Assembly (NCBI GenBank): GCA_963819615.1
Contig: CAWFWW010000004.1
Span: forward strand, 573,705-637,704
Reading direction: 5' to 3'
DNA length: 64,000 nucleotides
From: an uncultured Alphaproteobacteria bacterium
GTDB lineage: Bacteria; Pseudomonadota; Alphaproteobacteria; Rhizobiales; Aestuariivirgaceae
The notes below the pieces were generated by a model, which worked only from the letters and a program-made list of their open reading frames with translations, did no database searches and had not been told where the DNA came from. Of the stretch, positions 10,009 through 21,219 are shown piece by piece; position 1 is the first letter of the stretch; every line of letters starts with the position of its first letter. The position numbers were made by a program, and so were the translations under genes.

Positions 10009-11355
10009 TTAAGCCGCAGCTTTTGCGATAAGCCCGCACAGGTCATCGACAACCTTCTGCACCAGCGAGCCGTCATCGCCTTCCGCCATCACGCGGATCA
10101 ATGGCTCGGTGCCTGAAGGCCGTATGACCAGGCGCCCGTGATTGCCAAGCATTGCCTCGACATCCTTGATGGCGCTCTTCACCGCATTGTCGCCCAATGG
10201 ATTGCCACCCTTGAATTTCACGTTCTTCAAAACTTGCGGTAATGGCGTGAACAGATTGCACACTTCGCTGACAGGCTTGCCCTGCCGCACCACTTCCGCC
10301 AGCACCTGCAATGCAGCCAACAATCCGTCGCCCGTCGTCGCGTAATCCGACATCACAATGTGTCCGGATTGCTCGCCGCCAATATTGAACCCATGCTCGC
10401 GCATGTGTTCGACGACATAACGGTCACCGACTTTTGTGCGCGCCAGTGACAATTTCTGGCTCTCCAGATAACGCTCAAGTCCGAGGTTTGACATGACAGT
10501 GGCGACCAGCCCGCCGCCTTTCAATTGCCCGCGCTGCGCCCATGATGTGGTGATCAACGCCATGATCTGATCGCCATCAATCACCTGCCCGCGTTCATCG
10601 CAAATGATCACGCGGTCCGCATCGCCATCCAGCGCAATGCCGATGTCGGCGCGTGTCTCGCGCACCCGTGCGCACATGACATCAGGATGCGTTGATCCGC
10701 ATTTGTCGTTGATATTGATGCCGTTGGGTTCGTCCCCGATCTGGATGATTTCAGCGCCCAGCTCCCACAAGGCAGGCGGCGCCGATTTATAAGCAGCGCC
10801 ATTCGCCGTATCGATCACGATGCGCAAGCCATCTAGATTGCTCTCGCCGGGATATGTGCGCTTGGCAAATTCAATGTAGCGTGCGCCAGCATCTTCAATG
10901 CGTTTGGCTCGCCCAATTTCGGTGGGCTCCGCCACTTTCACTTGCGACGGATTGTCGATCAGCGCTTCAATCTTGAGTTCCTGCTCATCCGAAAGCTTGT
11001 AGCCGTCCGGCCCGAACAGTTTGATGCCGTTGTCCTGAAAAGGATTGTGCGAGGCCGAAATCATCACGCCCAAATCAGCCCGCATCGAGCGCGTCAGCAT
11101 CGCAACCGCAGGCGTTGGCACAGGACCGAACAGGAACACGTCCATGCCCGCCGAAAGCAGCCCCGCCGTTAACGCTTGCTCAATCATATAACCAGAAAGC
11201 CGCGTATCCTTGCCGATGACCACACGGTGCCGGTGCCCGCCGCGACGGTAAAGTTGGCCAGCCGCCAAACCCAACCGCATCACCAGTTCAGGCGACATTG
11301 CGCCGAAATTGGCGCGTCCGCGCACCCCATCAGTGCCAAAATACTTGCGTGTCAT
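10009..11355 (-). CDS. glmM: Phosphoglucosamine mutase
   Basis: [23 protein letters not shown] and DGDADR motifs. Confidence 0.98.
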   Translation of the reverse strand: MTRKYFGTDGVRGRANFGAMSPELVMRLGLAAGQLYRRGGHRHRVVIGKDTRLSGYMIEQALTAGLLSAGMDVFLFGPVPTPAVAMLTRSMRADLGVMISASHNPFQDNGIKLFGPDGYKLSDEQELKIEALIDNPSQVKVAEPTEIGRAKRIEDAGARYIEFAKRTYPGESNLDGLRIVIDTANGAAYKSAPPALWELGAEIIQIGDEPNGININDKCGSTHPDVMCARVRETRADIGIALDGDADRVIICDERGQVIDGDQIMALITTSWAQRGQLKGGGLVATVMSNLGLERYLESQKLSLARTKVGDRYVVEHMREHGFNIGGEQSGHIVMSDYATTGDGLLAALQVLAEVVRQGKPVSEVCNLFTPLPQVLKNVKFKGGNPLGDNAVKSAIKDVEAMLGNHGRLVIRPSGTEPLIRVMAEGDDGSLVQKVVDDLCGLIAKAAA

Positions 11356-11400
11356 TCTGCTTGTTCCACTCAAATCCCGTCCAACCTTTAATAGCACTTC

Positions 11401-12453
11401 CTAAAGACCCGCTAAATCGGGATCTTGTGAAACCGTAAACACCCGGAGCGCCTGCGCCGTGGCCGCCACATCATGCACCCTCAAGATATGCGCGCCAGAA
11501 AGCGCCGCGTGCACCGCCCCGCCGACTGAACCCGCAACGCGATTTGCCGCGACATTTTCGCCCGTCAGCACGCCAATCATGTTCTTCCGCGACACGCCCA
11601 CCAACAGCAGCACGCCAAGCCCATGGAAGATTGTAAGTGACTGCATCAAGGCAAGATTATGCTCGAATGTCTTTCCGAATCCAATGCCCGGATCAGCACA
11701 GATCATGTCCTCAGGAATCCCGGCCGCCTTCGCCATCGCGATGCGTTCCGCAAGGAAGTCGTAAACATCAAACACGACATCATCATATTTGGGCTGAAGC
11801 TGCATCGTCTTGGGCTCGCCCTGCGCATGCATCAGGATGAGGTGCTTTCCAAGCTGCGCAACTGTCGCGGCACTCGCCGCATCAAACCCGAGCGCTGATA
11901 CATCATTGATGATGGCAGCGCCCCCGGCGATTGCACGCTCCATCACCCGTGATTTCCGCGTGTCGACTGAAACAATGGCGGCGCCAGAAAGACCTTCAAT
12001 GACCGGCATGATCCGGCGCAGCTCCTCCTCCTCCGCAACCTCTTCGGAACCCGGCCGCGTCAACTCGCCGCCAACATCAAGAATATCGGCGCCCTGCTCT
12101 ACAAGCGACTTCCCGTGGGCAATGGCCGCCGCCGCATCAGCATGCCGCCCGCCATCGGAAAAACTGTCCGGCGTAACGTTGACGATTCCCATGACTCGCG
12201 TCTGGGTGAAATCAAGCCCAGCGAACGGCGCTCTTTTCCTGGTGATTTTCTTTGCAACCGGATGATCCGCGCAATCGCGATATGAAACACATCGCTTCGT
12301 GATCTGTCTGCCGTTTCGTTCGATGACTTCGGCAGAAGTGAAAGCAACATGCGATGACCCGCCCAGCGCACCAGCCGAACCATCAGCAATCATCACCCGC
12401 GCATCAGGCCCGAAGGCAAGCGACACCGGCCTCACATAGGTTTTCAGTGACAT
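11401..12453 (-). CDS. folP: Dihydropteroate synthase (with N-terminal extension)
   Basis: MGIVNVTPDSFSDGG, DPGIGFGK, GVSRK and LRVHDV motifs; ftsH-folP-glmM synteny. Confidence 0.96.
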   Translation of the reverse strand: MSLKTYVRPVSLAFGPDARVMIADGSAGALGGSSHVAFTSAEVIERNGRQITKRCVSYRDCADHPVAKKITRKRAPFAGLDFTQTRVMGIVNVTPDSFSDGGRHADAAAAIAHGKSLVEQGADILDVGGELTRPGSEEVAEEEELRRIMPVIEGLSGAAIVSVDTRKSRVMERAIAGGAAIINDVSALGFDAASAATVAQLGKHLILMHAQGEPKTMQLQPKYDDVVFDVYDFLAERIAMAKAAGIPEDMICADPGIGFGKTFEHNLALMQSLTIFHGLGVLLLVGVSRKNMIGVLTGENVAANRVAGSVGGAVHAALSGAHILRVHDVAATAQALRVFTVSQDPDLAGL

Positions 12454-12503
12454 GAAAAATACCAGCCAGAGCCTTCACTTCCAAGGGAGAAGGAACACAG
12501 GGA

Positions 12504-14417
12504 TTACGACGTCGGCTGTGGCTCAAGCCCGCTTGTTCCCGAAGACCCGCGCTTTGCGCCTGCGCGCGGGACGCCGGAACTTTCGGGTTTCTTCTTCGGC
12601 TTGTCGTCGCGGTCAGGCTTCTGGCCTTTGAGGACCATAGCCACTTCATCGCCCGACAATGTTTCATATTCGAGCAGTGCAGCTGCCAGCGCATGCAATT
12701 CGCTGCGCTTCTTTTTGAGAATTGCCTTGGCCTGTGCTTCGCCTTCATGGATCAAGCGCCGCACTTCCAGATCAATGATCTCTGCCGTGCTCTCCGAAAC
12801 GTTTTTCGACTGGGTGACGCTGTGGCCAAGGAACACTTCCTGTTCATTGGCGCTGTAGCGCACGCGTCCAAGCTTTTCGGACATGCCCCATTCGGTGACC
12901 ATCTGGCGCGCCAGCTGCGTTGCCATCATGATGTCGCCCGATGCGCCGCCCGTGACATTCTTTTCACCGCCAAGGATAAGCTCAGCCTCGCGCCCGCCGA
13001 ACAACACTGCAAGACGCGCCTCGCACCATTCGCGGGTGCGGCTGTAACGGTCGCCTTCCGGCAGGTTCATGGTCACGCCAAGCGCGCGGCCGCGCGGAAT
13101 GATTGTCACCTTGTGCAGCGGATCATAGGCAACGTTAAGGCCGACAATCGCATGGCCGCCTTCATGATAGGCCGTGTTGCGGCGCTCTTCCTCACTCATC
13201 ACAAGTGAACGGCGTTCCGCACCCATCATCACTTTGTCTTTGGCATCTTCAAATTCTGCCTGTGTCACGATGCGCTTGTTGCGACGCGCGGCAAGCAGCG
13301 CAGCTTCGTTGACCAGGTTGGCAAGGTCAGCGCCCGAAAATCCAGGCGTGCCACGCGCGATAATTCTTGGCTCGACATCCGGCGCAAGCGGCACATTCTT
13401 CATGTGCACTTTGAGAATCTGTTCGCGGCCCTTCACATCAGGATTGCCGACAGTGATCTGCCGGTCAAATCGGCCGGGACGCAAAAGCGCAGGATCAAGC
13501 ACATCAGGACGGTTGGTTGCAGCGATGATGATGACACCTTCGTTCGCTTCAAATCCATCCATCTCGACCAGCAATTGGTTGAGCGTCTGCTCGCGTTCAT
13601 CATTGCCGCCGCCAAGACCGGCGCCACGATGGCGGCCAACCGCGTCAATTTCGTCAATGAATATGATGCAAGGCGCATTCTTCTTGGCTTGCTCAAACAT
13701 GTCGCGCACGCGTGAAGCGCCGACGCCGACAAACATTTCGACGAAGTCAGAACCTGAAATGGTGAAAAATGGAACATTGGCTTCCCCCGCAACGGCGCGG
13801 GCGATCAGCGTTTTACCTGTGCCTGGCGGGCCGACAAGCAAAGCGCCTTTCGGAATCTTTCCGCCGAGCCGTTGGAACTTGTGCGGATCACGCAAGAAAT
13901 CAACGACCTCAATCAGGTCTTCTTTCGCTTCATCAACGCCTGCAACATCGTCAAACGTCACGCGGCCTTGCTTTTCAGTGAGCAGCTTCGCCTTTGATTT
14001 TCCAAAACCCATGGCCTTGCCTGAGCCCTGCTGCATCTGGCGAATGAAGAATATCCACACGCCAACGAGCAGCAGCATCGGCAGCCAGGTCATCAGCGCA
14101 CCGCCCCAGAATGATTCACTTTGCTGCGGTTTGAATTCGATGTTGACGCCCTTGTCGCGCATCTCTTTTACATCTTGTTCCGACCAGTAACCTGAGGTCT
14201 CAAGTGATTTGCCGGAAGAATCCTTGCCGACAGCTGATGTGCCGCTGATCGTCACTGACTTCAACTCGCCGGAATCGACTTTCTTCATGAATTCAGAATA
14301 ACTCATCTCGGTCGATGAAGGGCGCAGGCCCTGACTTTGAAACAGGCTGAACAGCGCAAACAGAAGCAGCGCGATGACCGCCCAGACTGCGACGTTGCGG
14401 AATTGATTGCCGTTCAT
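12504..14417 (-). CDS. ftsH: ATP-dependent zinc metalloprotease FtsH
   Basis: Two TM segments, GPPGTGKT Walker A, FIDEIDA Walker B and HEGGH zinc motif. Confidence 0.99.
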   Translation of the reverse strand: MNGNQFRNVAVWAVIALLLFALFSLFQSQGLRPSSTEMSYSEFMKKVDSGELKSVTISGTSAVGKDSSGKSLETSGYWSEQDVKEMRDKGVNIEFKPQQSESFWGGALMTWLPMLLLVGVWIFFIRQMQQGSGKAMGFGKSKAKLLTEKQGRVTFDDVAGVDEAKEDLIEVVDFLRDPHKFQRLGGKIPKGALLVGPPGTGKTLIARAVAGEANVPFFTISGSDFVEMFVGVGASRVRDMFEQAKKNAPCIIFIDEIDAVGRHRGAGLGGGNDEREQTLNQLLVEMDGFEANEGVIIIAATNRPDVLDPALLRPGRFDRQITVGNPDVKGREQILKVHMKNVPLAPDVEPRIIARGTPGFSGADLANLVNEAALLAARRNKRIVTQAEFEDAKDKVMMGAERRSLVMSEEERRNTAYHEGGHAIVGLNVAYDPLHKVTIIPRGRALGVTMNLPEGDRYSRTREWCEARLAVLFGGREAELILGGEKNVTGGASGDIMMATQLARQMVTEWGMSEKLGRVRYSANEQEVFLGHSVTQSKNVSESTAEIIDLEVRRLIHEGEAQAKAILKKKRSELHALAAALLEYETLSGDEVAMVLKGQKPDRDDKPKKKPESSGVPRAGAKRGSSGTSGLEPQPTS

Positions 14418-14528
14418 GCTGCTTAACCTTTCGCCGCCGGAGTTTTGCCCCGGGGAACAGAGCTTTATAAAAGAGACCTTAACATATGTTGCACAGCGCC
14501 GGTTTCCAAGCCCTGTAAGCCAGCAAAG

Positions 14529-15749
14529 CTAACGCAATCCCAGAAATCGCGACGATAGCCGGGAATGTGGCTTGTCTAGGGCCAAAACACCCAATCCAGA
14601 TGCATCAAGCAGCACCGGTAGGGCGTCAAAAACGACCCTTGGAAGCCCGGAAATCCGCTGTAAACCCGTGATTTTGCCGGCACAGCCAATTTGGCTGCCA
14701 ACCGGGCCAAAAATCTCAAATCGATTGTCCCAGACCAGCGCTTGTGACGTAAAAATGGTTTGTGGTCTCGAATCAACCCGCGCCGGTTCGCGCATGAACA
14801 AAACTTCGCTTTTCCGCTTGGCAATAACCGCTCCCCCGAGTGTCCGCCGAATGCCGGAAGCGGACTTCAACCAGTCGCCGAGTCGCACTCGTTCTTCCCG
14901 CAATGCTTCATCGCCGCCAACACTTCGCAACAACATGCGGATGAGCGTGTCTGTCCTTGCATGGGTGAGACCCAACAAGGCGGCGCGCGCCACCGAGAAA
15001 TATCCCTCAACATGCGTCTCAACATGTTCCGCTGCAAACAAACGCACTGCATGATCTGTTTCGGCCGCCCGCAATTGCGCCGCTGCCGCTTGCCTCGCCA
15101 GCGCATCAACATCTGCGGTGTCCAACTCCAGCCTTACACGCACACGCTCAAATGCCATGTTGTCATTGCTGGGATCGTCAATCCACCGCTGCCCAAGCCC
15201 GCGGAGCAAGTCGCGCAATGCTTCGCGTTTCACTTGCAAGAGCGGCCGCAACACCCTGATTTGATTCCAGATAATCTCGGGCCTGATCCCCGCAACGCTT
15301 TCATCAGTGCTTGTTCGTTTAAGGCGCATGGCGACCGTCTCGGCCTGATCATTCATCGTGTGGCCGGTCAACAGAAAGTCCACGCGATTGTCTCTGCACC
15401 ACTGTGACATGAGATCATACCGGGCCTTCCGTGCCGCAGCTTGCAAACCAGTTCGGGGTTTGTCGCCAGGCCAAGCCAATGTGACATGAGGAACTCCCAG
15501 CGCCGCCGCCCACGCCTCAACCACTTGCGCTTCCCCAGCCGATTCAGGTCGCAGGCCATGATCGACTGTAATGGCGGTCACGCGAACTCCTTCGTTATCG
15601 CTCCAGCACTTTGCAAGATGCAGCAACGCCAGAGAATCTGACCCGCCCGATACCGCAACAGCCAAATGCCGCGAACCCTTCGCGGCATCGAACATCTCTG
15701 AGAGTTGAAATGGAAAAACGACGGGCCTGACTGCCTCAGCAGCCAGCAC
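14529..15749 (-). CDS. tilS: tRNA(Ile)-lysidine synthetase
   Basis: AVSGGSDS, TVDHGLR, GHTMNDQAET and DPSN motifs; start estimated at a GTG overlapping the cpoB stop. Confidence 0.93.
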   Translation of the reverse strand: MLAAEAVRPVVFPFQLSEMFDAAKGSRHLAVAVSGGSDSLALLHLAKCWSDNEGVRVTAITVDHGLRPESAGEAQVVEAWAAALGVPHVTLAWPGDKPRTGLQAAARKARYDLMSQWCRDNRVDFLLTGHTMNDQAETVAMRLKRTSTDESVAGIRPEIIWNQIRVLRPLLQVKREALRDLLRGLGQRWIDDPSNDNMAFERVRVRLELDTADVDALARQAAAAQLRAAETDHAVRLFAAEHVETHVEGYFSVARAALLGLTHARTDTLIRMLLRSVGGDEALREERVRLGDWLKSASGIRRTLGGAVIAKRKSEVLFMREPARVDSRPQTIFTSQALVWDNRFEIFGPVGSQIGCAGKITGLQRISGLPRVVFDALPVLLDASGLGVLALDKPHSRLSSRFLGLR

Positions 15750-16668
15750 GGCGGTACTCGACTTGCGCCCGTTTCTTGGCTTCAACTGCCTTGGGATATT
15801 CCGTCCCAACATTCGACAACGCAGCGCAACCTTGGTCTTTTTGACCCAACTTGTTGAGGGCAAGGCCGAGCTTCAGTAGACTGTCAGGCGCCCGACGGCT
15901 CTTGGGATATTTCTGGTAGCCTTGCAGATAATTTTGCGCGGCTGTGCGGAAATCGCCTTGCGAAAAATAAGTTTCCCCCAGCCAATATTGTGCGCTGCCC
16001 GCCAAACTGTGATCCGGATAAGACTCCAGAAACTTGTGGAAGCCATTGCTGGCAAGATCAAACTGACGCCGCAACAGCGCTTCATCGGATTTCTTGTAAA
16101 GTCCTTCAGGCGTTTCTTCGGTCAATGCAACTTGCTCAAAGCCATCGTTGCCAGCCGATGCAGGAGCCGCATCTGTCAAAGCAGCCGAACTCGCCGATGT
16201 ATCAGCGCCAGGATCTACCAAGACGCCTTGGAAACCCCCGTCGCCAGGCTCTGCGGCCTTCTTGCGGGTAAGCCCTGATGGCGCAGGCGCCAAAGCCAGC
16301 TCTTGCCCGTCAGTTGGAACTGCATCGCCATAAATTGACTCTTCAACCTTCTGGGTTTTTTGAATTGGCTCTCCGACGATCTCGATGCCGCCATCATCAA
16401 CTGGCTCTTGCTCAAGAGTCGTCAGCTTTTGCTTCGGCAGCATGACCGCAGGTGCCGCTGCATGCTGCACTGGAGCCAGCGCATCTTCAGCAGAGGCACT
16501 TTGCTTGCGCATTTGCTTCAACTGATAGGTGAGTTCCTCCACTTGCCCGGTCAAATTGCGGACCTGCTGTTCCAGCTGGTCGACGCGGCTTGCATCTTGG
16601 GCAAAAGTTGGAGTGACAAACACAGCGCCGATCAGCAGCGCTGCAGTGAATACGCGACGATGAAACAT
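15736..16668 (-). CDS. cpoB: Tol-Pal system protein YbgF/CpoB
   Basis: Signal peptide, coiled coil and C-terminal TPR (AQYWLGETYF, APDSLLKLG); follows pal. Confidence 0.92.
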   Translation of the reverse strand: MFHRRVFTAALLIGAVFVTPTFAQDASRVDQLEQQVRNLTGQVEELTYQLKQMRKQSASAEDALAPVQHAAAPAVMLPKQKLTTLEQEPVDDGGIEIVGEPIQKTQKVEESIYGDAVPTDGQELALAPAPSGLTRKKAAEPGDGGFQGVLVDPGADTSASSAALTDAAPASAGNDGFEQVALTEETPEGLYKKSDEALLRRQFDLASNGFHKFLESYPDHSLAGSAQYWLGETYFSQGDFRTAAQNYLQGYQKYPKSRRAPDSLLKLGLALNKLGQKDQGCAALSNVGTEYPKAVEAKKRAQVEYRRAGC

Positions 16669-16813
16669 TCTCGAAATTCCGCCTAAGAGTTTCACAATGG
16701 CTGATCTAGTGCGCGGCAAAGGCGCACAAAATAAGACGAGTCCATGGCTGAAAAAGAAATGCGGCGCGCTGTTGCAAACGCGCCACAACTTGTGGCCGGA
16801 TCATGGCCTCAGG

Positions 16814-17335
16814 TTAATTTGTCCCGCCCGTGATGACTGTCACCGCACGGCGGTTCTGGTTGTAGCATTGCTCGGCATCGCACAACGCAGCCGGACGTTC
16901 CTTGCCATAGGCGATCGAGGAAATCCGCTTGCCGGTAACGCCCTGCTGTATCAGGAATTCGCGTGCTGCCGTTGCGCGCCGCGCCGACAACGAGATATTG
17001 TACTCGCGTGTACCGCGCTCGTCGGCATGACCCTCAACCTGGACGGTCACTGCTGGATATTGCTGCAACCATTGTGCCTGTTTGGTCAGCGTATCCTGGC
17101 CTTCCGGGGTGAGGTTTGACTGGTCGACAATGAAATAGATGCGGTCACCAATCTCGGTTTCAAACTGCTGTTTTGAGCCAGGAGCGGCAGCGCCAACACC
17201 CGGACCGGTATCGGCCCCGAGGTCAGGCGTGTTCTTCTTCGAGCACGCCGCCAGCGCCAGAACACATGTCATGGCTGCAACGATCTTGAAGCTCGCTGAA
17301 CGGCCTGCTGCACGACCAGCTGCTTGAATTGTCAT
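16814..17335 (-). CDS. pal: Peptidoglycan-associated lipoprotein
   Basis: Lipobox LAAC, EGHADERGTREYN and NRRAVT OmpA-like motifs. Confidence 0.97.
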   Translation of the reverse strand: MTIQAAGRAAGRSASFKIVAAMTCVLALAACSKKNTPDLGADTGPGVGAAAPGSKQQFETEIGDRIYFIVDQSNLTPEGQDTLTKQAQWLQQYPAVTVQVEGHADERGTREYNISLSARRATAAREFLIQQGVTGKRISSIAYGKERPAALCDAEQCYNQNRRAVTVITGGTN

Positions 17336-17524
17336 AATTCCACTCCTTCACTCAATTGGCTTCGCCGAGCCAAATTTTACTCAACCCGATACGATTCGAG
17401 TCAAATTGACCCGGATTCGCCGCGTTTGAAGCTCCTAGCCCGCCTACAGGGGCAACATTGTGGCTATCCCGGCAAGCAAAACGCCCGCGAAACACCAAAC
17501 ACGGTAAACGCTTTATGATCAAAC

Positions 17525-18976
17525 TTAGTTAAGACGAGGTGACCAGGCCGGATCCGAGGCAAACCCAGGCGTTTCGATCTTCCGCTCATTATAGCCTGAA
17601 ATATCAACGCTATAGAGCTGCGGCCCGCCATTTTCGCCCGGCGTATCGCGGAAAAACATGACGACCCGGCTGTTCGGCGACCACGTAGGCCCTTCATTAT
17701 GGAACCCTTCCGTCAAAATTCGCTCGCCCGATCCATCCGGCGCCATCACGCCAATTGCAAATTTTCCGCCCGCCTGTTTGGTGAAAGCAATCCACTTTCC
17801 ATCTGGCGACCATACAGGCGTTGAATAGCGGCCACTGCCGAAACTGATGCGATTCTGGCCAGATCCATCAGCCCCCATCACATAGATCTGCTGCGCGCCG
17901 CCACGGTCAGACTCGAACGCAACCTGTGCACCATCCGGCGAAAAACTGGGTGCGGTGTTGATGGCCGGCGTCTCGGTGAGCTGCCGCAATTGCCGCGAAC
18001 GCAGATCAAGTTCGAAAATATTCGAGTTGCGTCCGTCATCGCTTTGCAAGCTCATCACAACGCTCTGGCCATCTGGCGAATAGCGCGGCGCAAAGCTCAT
18101 GTTCGGAAAATCGCCGACGATTTCTTTCTGCTGTGTTTCAATGTTGTAAATGTAAACCCGTGGCACGCCGCTGCCGAACGACATGAAGGTAAGTTCAAGC
18201 GATGTCGGCGAAAACCGGGGCGTCAGCAAAAGATCGCCACTCACTGGCAATGTGCGCGGATTGAATCCATCCTGATCCATGATCGCGAGTTTCTTTTCGC
18301 GCTTGTCCTTTGGGCCAGACTCATTGATGAACACGATGCGTGTGTCAAAATATCCTTCGTAGCCCGTGAGCTCCTTGTAGATCATGTCGGCGATGCGATG
18401 CGCAATCCGCCGCGCATTTTTGGGACTCGCTGCAAAAGTCTGCCCGGCGCGCATGGTTTGAGCATTGACGTCATAAAGCTTGAACGACACCTGTATCTTG
18501 CCGCCAACGGCGACCGCTTGCCCCACGACCAACGCCTTGGCCTGCACCTGCCGCCAGTCGCCATACCGTGGCTCCTGCTCGAAATTCGTGACTTGCTCGA
18601 TGAACGAATCCTGCGGCAACGGCGCGAAATAACCTGTGCTGCCAAGATCGTTGCTGATGACCCCGGCAACAGTCTGCGCCACTTCGCTCGCCTCACCATC
18701 CGCAATGAACGGCGCAATCGCGATAGGCAAAGGATCAATCTGCCCGCCTTGCACGGTGCCTTTGAGTTGAGCCTGGGCGGTGGAGATCAGCGATACCAGA
18801 AAAAACACGCTGGCGATCACCCCAACAACTCCTCCCCGCCCTTGAGGGCGGGGTCGGGGGCGGGTGTCAGCCAAAAAGAAACTCATCCAAGCGCCAGCAA
18901 ATGCGGCTGACACCCACCCCTGCCCCGCCCTCAAGGGCGGGTTGCATTTCAAACAATTCTTCATGGCTATCATCAT
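17525..18976 (-). CDS. tolB: TolB beta-propeller periplasmic protein; start uncertain because a palindromic element lies in the signal region
   Basis: PIAI, AHRIADMIY, DTRIVF and repeated PxFSPDG/PxWSP blades. Confidence 0.96.
   Translation of the reverse strand: MMIAMKNCLKCNPPLRAGQGWVSAAFAGAWMSFFLADTRPRPRPQGRGGVVGVIASVFFLVSLISTAQAQLKGTVQGGQIDPLPIAIAPFIADGEASEVAQTVAGVISNDLGSTGYFAPLPQDSFIEQVTNFEQEPRYGDWRQVQAKALVVGQAVAVGGKIQVSFKLYDVNAQTMRAGQTFAASPKNARRIAHRIADMIYKELTGYEGYFDTRIVFINESGPKDKREKKLAIMDQDGFNPRTLPVSGDLLLTPRFSPTSLELTFMSFGSGVPRVYIYNIETQQKEIVGDFPNMSFAPRYSPDGQSVVMSLQSDDGRNSNIFELDLRSRQLRQLTETPAINTAPSFSPDGAQVAFESDRGGAQQIYVMGADGSGQNRISFGSGRYSTPVWSPDGKWIAFTKQAGGKFAIGVMAPDGSGERILTEGFHNEGPTWSPNSRVVMFFRDTPGENGGPQLYSVDISGYNERKIETPGFASDPAWSPRLN
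18834..18941. repeat. REPIN-like element (family D) inside the tolB 5' region
   Basis: Inverted arms CCCCGCCCTTGAGGGCGGGG..GGGTGTCAGCC / GGCTGACACCC..CCCCGCCCTCAAGGGCGGG; related copy in opposite orientation at 22729-22832. Confidence 0.85.
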
Positions 18977-19926
18977 CAGCGGGACATCATGTTGGGGTTG
19001 AAATCAAGCACGACAGTTTTCCACATGTCGTATTTGTCGGGAGGAAGCTCATAAGGCTCGCAGCCTTTGACCGCAGCAACACCAGCCGCAGCTGTGGCTG
19101 CATAGATTGGATCAGAATAGGACTGCTCAGGCTGAACTGAAGTCACGGTGCCATCGTGAGCAAGGCTGAAACTGATCGGCACGGTAATGTCTGCGTCCCG
19201 CGCGGCAGGTGGAACCGTGAAACACTGTTTGACGCGGGCCACCAGCGCCTCAATCAGCGTTGCCGAAACACTGGCGTCCGCCCCCGCCATCGCCTTCTCA
19301 GCCTTCTTCGGCGAACCAGCTTCCTTGGAATTCACCTGCGTCGTGCGCTCGCCATCTTCCTTGTTGAGGAAGGCCGCAATGTCGTCGAGCTTCAATTCTT
19401 TTTTCTTTTTCTCGGCCAGTTTCTTCTTCTCTTCAGCTTTCTTTTTTTCGTCAGCCTTTTTCTTTTCGTCGGCTTTCTTCTGTTCCTCAGCCTTCTTCTG
19501 CTCGTCAGCTTTCTTTTTCTCGGCCTCTTGCAGGGCAATGAGTTCCTTCAAAGGATCAGAATCGAGCGGCTTTTCCTCAACCTTCTTCGGTTCCTCTTTT
19601 TTGGGCTCTTCCTTTTTCGGTTCCGGCGGCTTCGGCGGCTCTGGTGCCACAGGCTCCTTCATCGCGGTTTTGACTTCTTCCGAAACTTTGGGAGCCGGCG
19701 GCGTCTCCTTCACTACTTCCATCTTCTTCGGCGCGGGCTTTGCCGTCTCCGGAACATCATCTGTCGTTGCCGCAAGCCGCTTCGAGTCATCCGTGATCTG
19801 GCTGATATCAACTTCAATCGCATTGACCGGTGGCGCCTTCAGCGCATTGCTCGAAGGGATGCTGAACAGTGCCAGAGCCAATATGGCCCCGTGGAAAACC
19901 GTCGAAAGGAGGACGCTTTTCTTCAT
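18976..19926 (-). CDS. tolA: TolA cell envelope integrity protein
   Basis: N-terminal TM with the SxxxH motif, Pro/Lys/Glu-rich stalk (KKADE repeats) and TonB-C-like domain. Confidence 0.9.
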   Translation of the reverse strand: MKKSVLLSTVFHGAILALALFSIPSSNALKAPPVNAIEVDISQITDDSKRLAATTDDVPETAKPAPKKMEVVKETPPAPKVSEEVKTAMKEPVAPEPPKPPEPKKEEPKKEEPKKVEEKPLDSDPLKELIALQEAEKKKADEQKKAEEQKKADEKKKADEKKKAEEKKKLAEKKKKELKLDDIAAFLNKEDGERTTQVNSKEAGSPKKAEKAMAGADASVSATLIEALVARVKQCFTVPPAARDADITVPISFSLAHDGTVTSVQPEQSYSDPIYAATAAAGVAAVKGCEPYELPPDKYDMWKTVVLDFNPNMMSR

Positions 19927-19927
19927 C

Positions 19928-20395
19928 TCAATTGCCAGCGGGCACCTTGTCCTTGGTCGTCGTCACCAGACCAATTTTCTTGTAGCCAGCCCCATTGAGC
20001 AACCCCATCACTTCCATCACGGCACCATAACTGACGCTTGTGTCGGCCCGCACGAACAGCTGCTCATCATTGCCATTCTTCGCAATCGCCTTCAGTTTGG
20101 CGGAAAGATCCGTCATCGCAATTTCAGTCTCTTGCAAGAAAATCTTGCTGTCAGCCTGCACGGTAATCGTCAGTGGCTCAGTTGAAGTGTTGAGTTGCTT
20201 GGCTTCCGTCTTCGGCAGTTCGATGGGCACACCAACCGTCATCAAGGGTGCGGCCACCATGAACACAATGAGCAACACCAGCATGACGTCAACCAGTGGC
20301 GTGACATTGATCTCGGAAATCGCCGCAGCTCCACCGCGCCTTCGCGAATTGCGCCGCGAATATCCGCCACGGGCCCCGCCAGAGCTCGCTCCCAT
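19928..20395 (-). CDS. tolR: TolR
   Basis: EINVTPLVDVMLVLLIVFMV motif. Confidence 0.96.
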   Translation of the reverse strand: MGASSGGARGGYSRRNSRRRGGAAAISEINVTPLVDVMLVLLIVFMVAAPLMTVGVPIELPKTEAKQLNTSTEPLTITVQADSKIFLQETEIAMTDLSAKLKAIAKNGNDEQLFVRADTSVSYGAVMEVMGLLNGAGYKKIGLVTTTKDKVPAGN

Positions 20396-21105
20396 TACTG
20401 CACCCTTTCATCCAGCTGCCGCGAAATGATCGCGGAAAATTCGTCGGCGAAATTCTCCAGTCTGGTTCCGATTTTCGCCGCGTCACTGGAATACATGTTA
20501 TAGAAAATTGTCGCCGGTATGGCGGCCACAAGGCCTATGGCCGTGGCAAACAGCGCTTCCGCAATGCCCGGTGCAACCACAGCAAGATTGGTTTGCCCTG
20601 AATTGGCAATTCCCTGGAACGACGTCATGATGCCCCACACCGTGCCAAACAGCCCGATAAAAGGTGCCGCCGAGCCAATCGTGGCCAGAAACAACAGCCG
20701 CGATTCCAGCGCTCCCATTTCCTTCTGAATGGCAACATCCATGACCTTTTCAATGCGCTTTTGCACACCCGCAAAGCCGGCCCGCATTGCCGCACCCTGG
20801 CTGCGTTTCCACTCCTGCATGGCGGCAAGGAAGATCGACGACATCCCCAGCGATGGCCGTGCATTCAGTGCGCTGTAAAGATCATCCAGCGACTTCCCCG
20901 ACCAGAATGTCTCTTCAAACCTGTCATTGGCCGAATTCACCCGGCGATAGGAGAACCATTTCTCGAAAATGATCGCCCAGCACCACACAGAAGCGGCTGC
21001 AAGCCCGATCATGACCAGAAACACCGGCCACGATGCCTGGAAAACGAGATGCATCAGCGAAATTTGTGCGCCTTGCGAAACCGGCGCGGCAGTAATTGGA
21101 TCCAT
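20395..21105 (-). CDS. tolQ: TolQ
   Basis: LATIGSAAPFIGLFGTVWGIM and VAPGIAEALFATAIGL motifs. Confidence 0.97.
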   Translation of the reverse strand: MDPITAAPVSQGAQISLMHLVFQASWPVFLVMIGLAAASVWCWAIIFEKWFSYRRVNSANDRFEETFWSGKSLDDLYSALNARPSLGMSSIFLAAMQEWKRSQGAAMRAGFAGVQKRIEKVMDVAIQKEMGALESRLLFLATIGSAAPFIGLFGTVWGIMTSFQGIANSGQTNLAVVAPGIAEALFATAIGLVAAIPATIFYNMYSSDAAKIGTRLENFADEFSAIISRQLDERVQ

Positions 21106-21204
21106 GATCTAAACGGTCATTCCCTTTGGAGGCTCAAACAGATCGATTCTGTCGAAACTGGGGCGGCTCGATTGCCCGCCATTAACTTGAATGAATAGGG
21201 ATGG

Positions 21205-21219
21205 TTAACGGAAGGTTAC
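21205..21219. promoter_or_regulatory. CtrA-like box upstream of tolQ
   Basis: TTAA-CGGAAGG-TTAC (7/8 match to TTAA-N7-TTAA), 100 bp 5' of tolQ. Confidence 0.55.
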
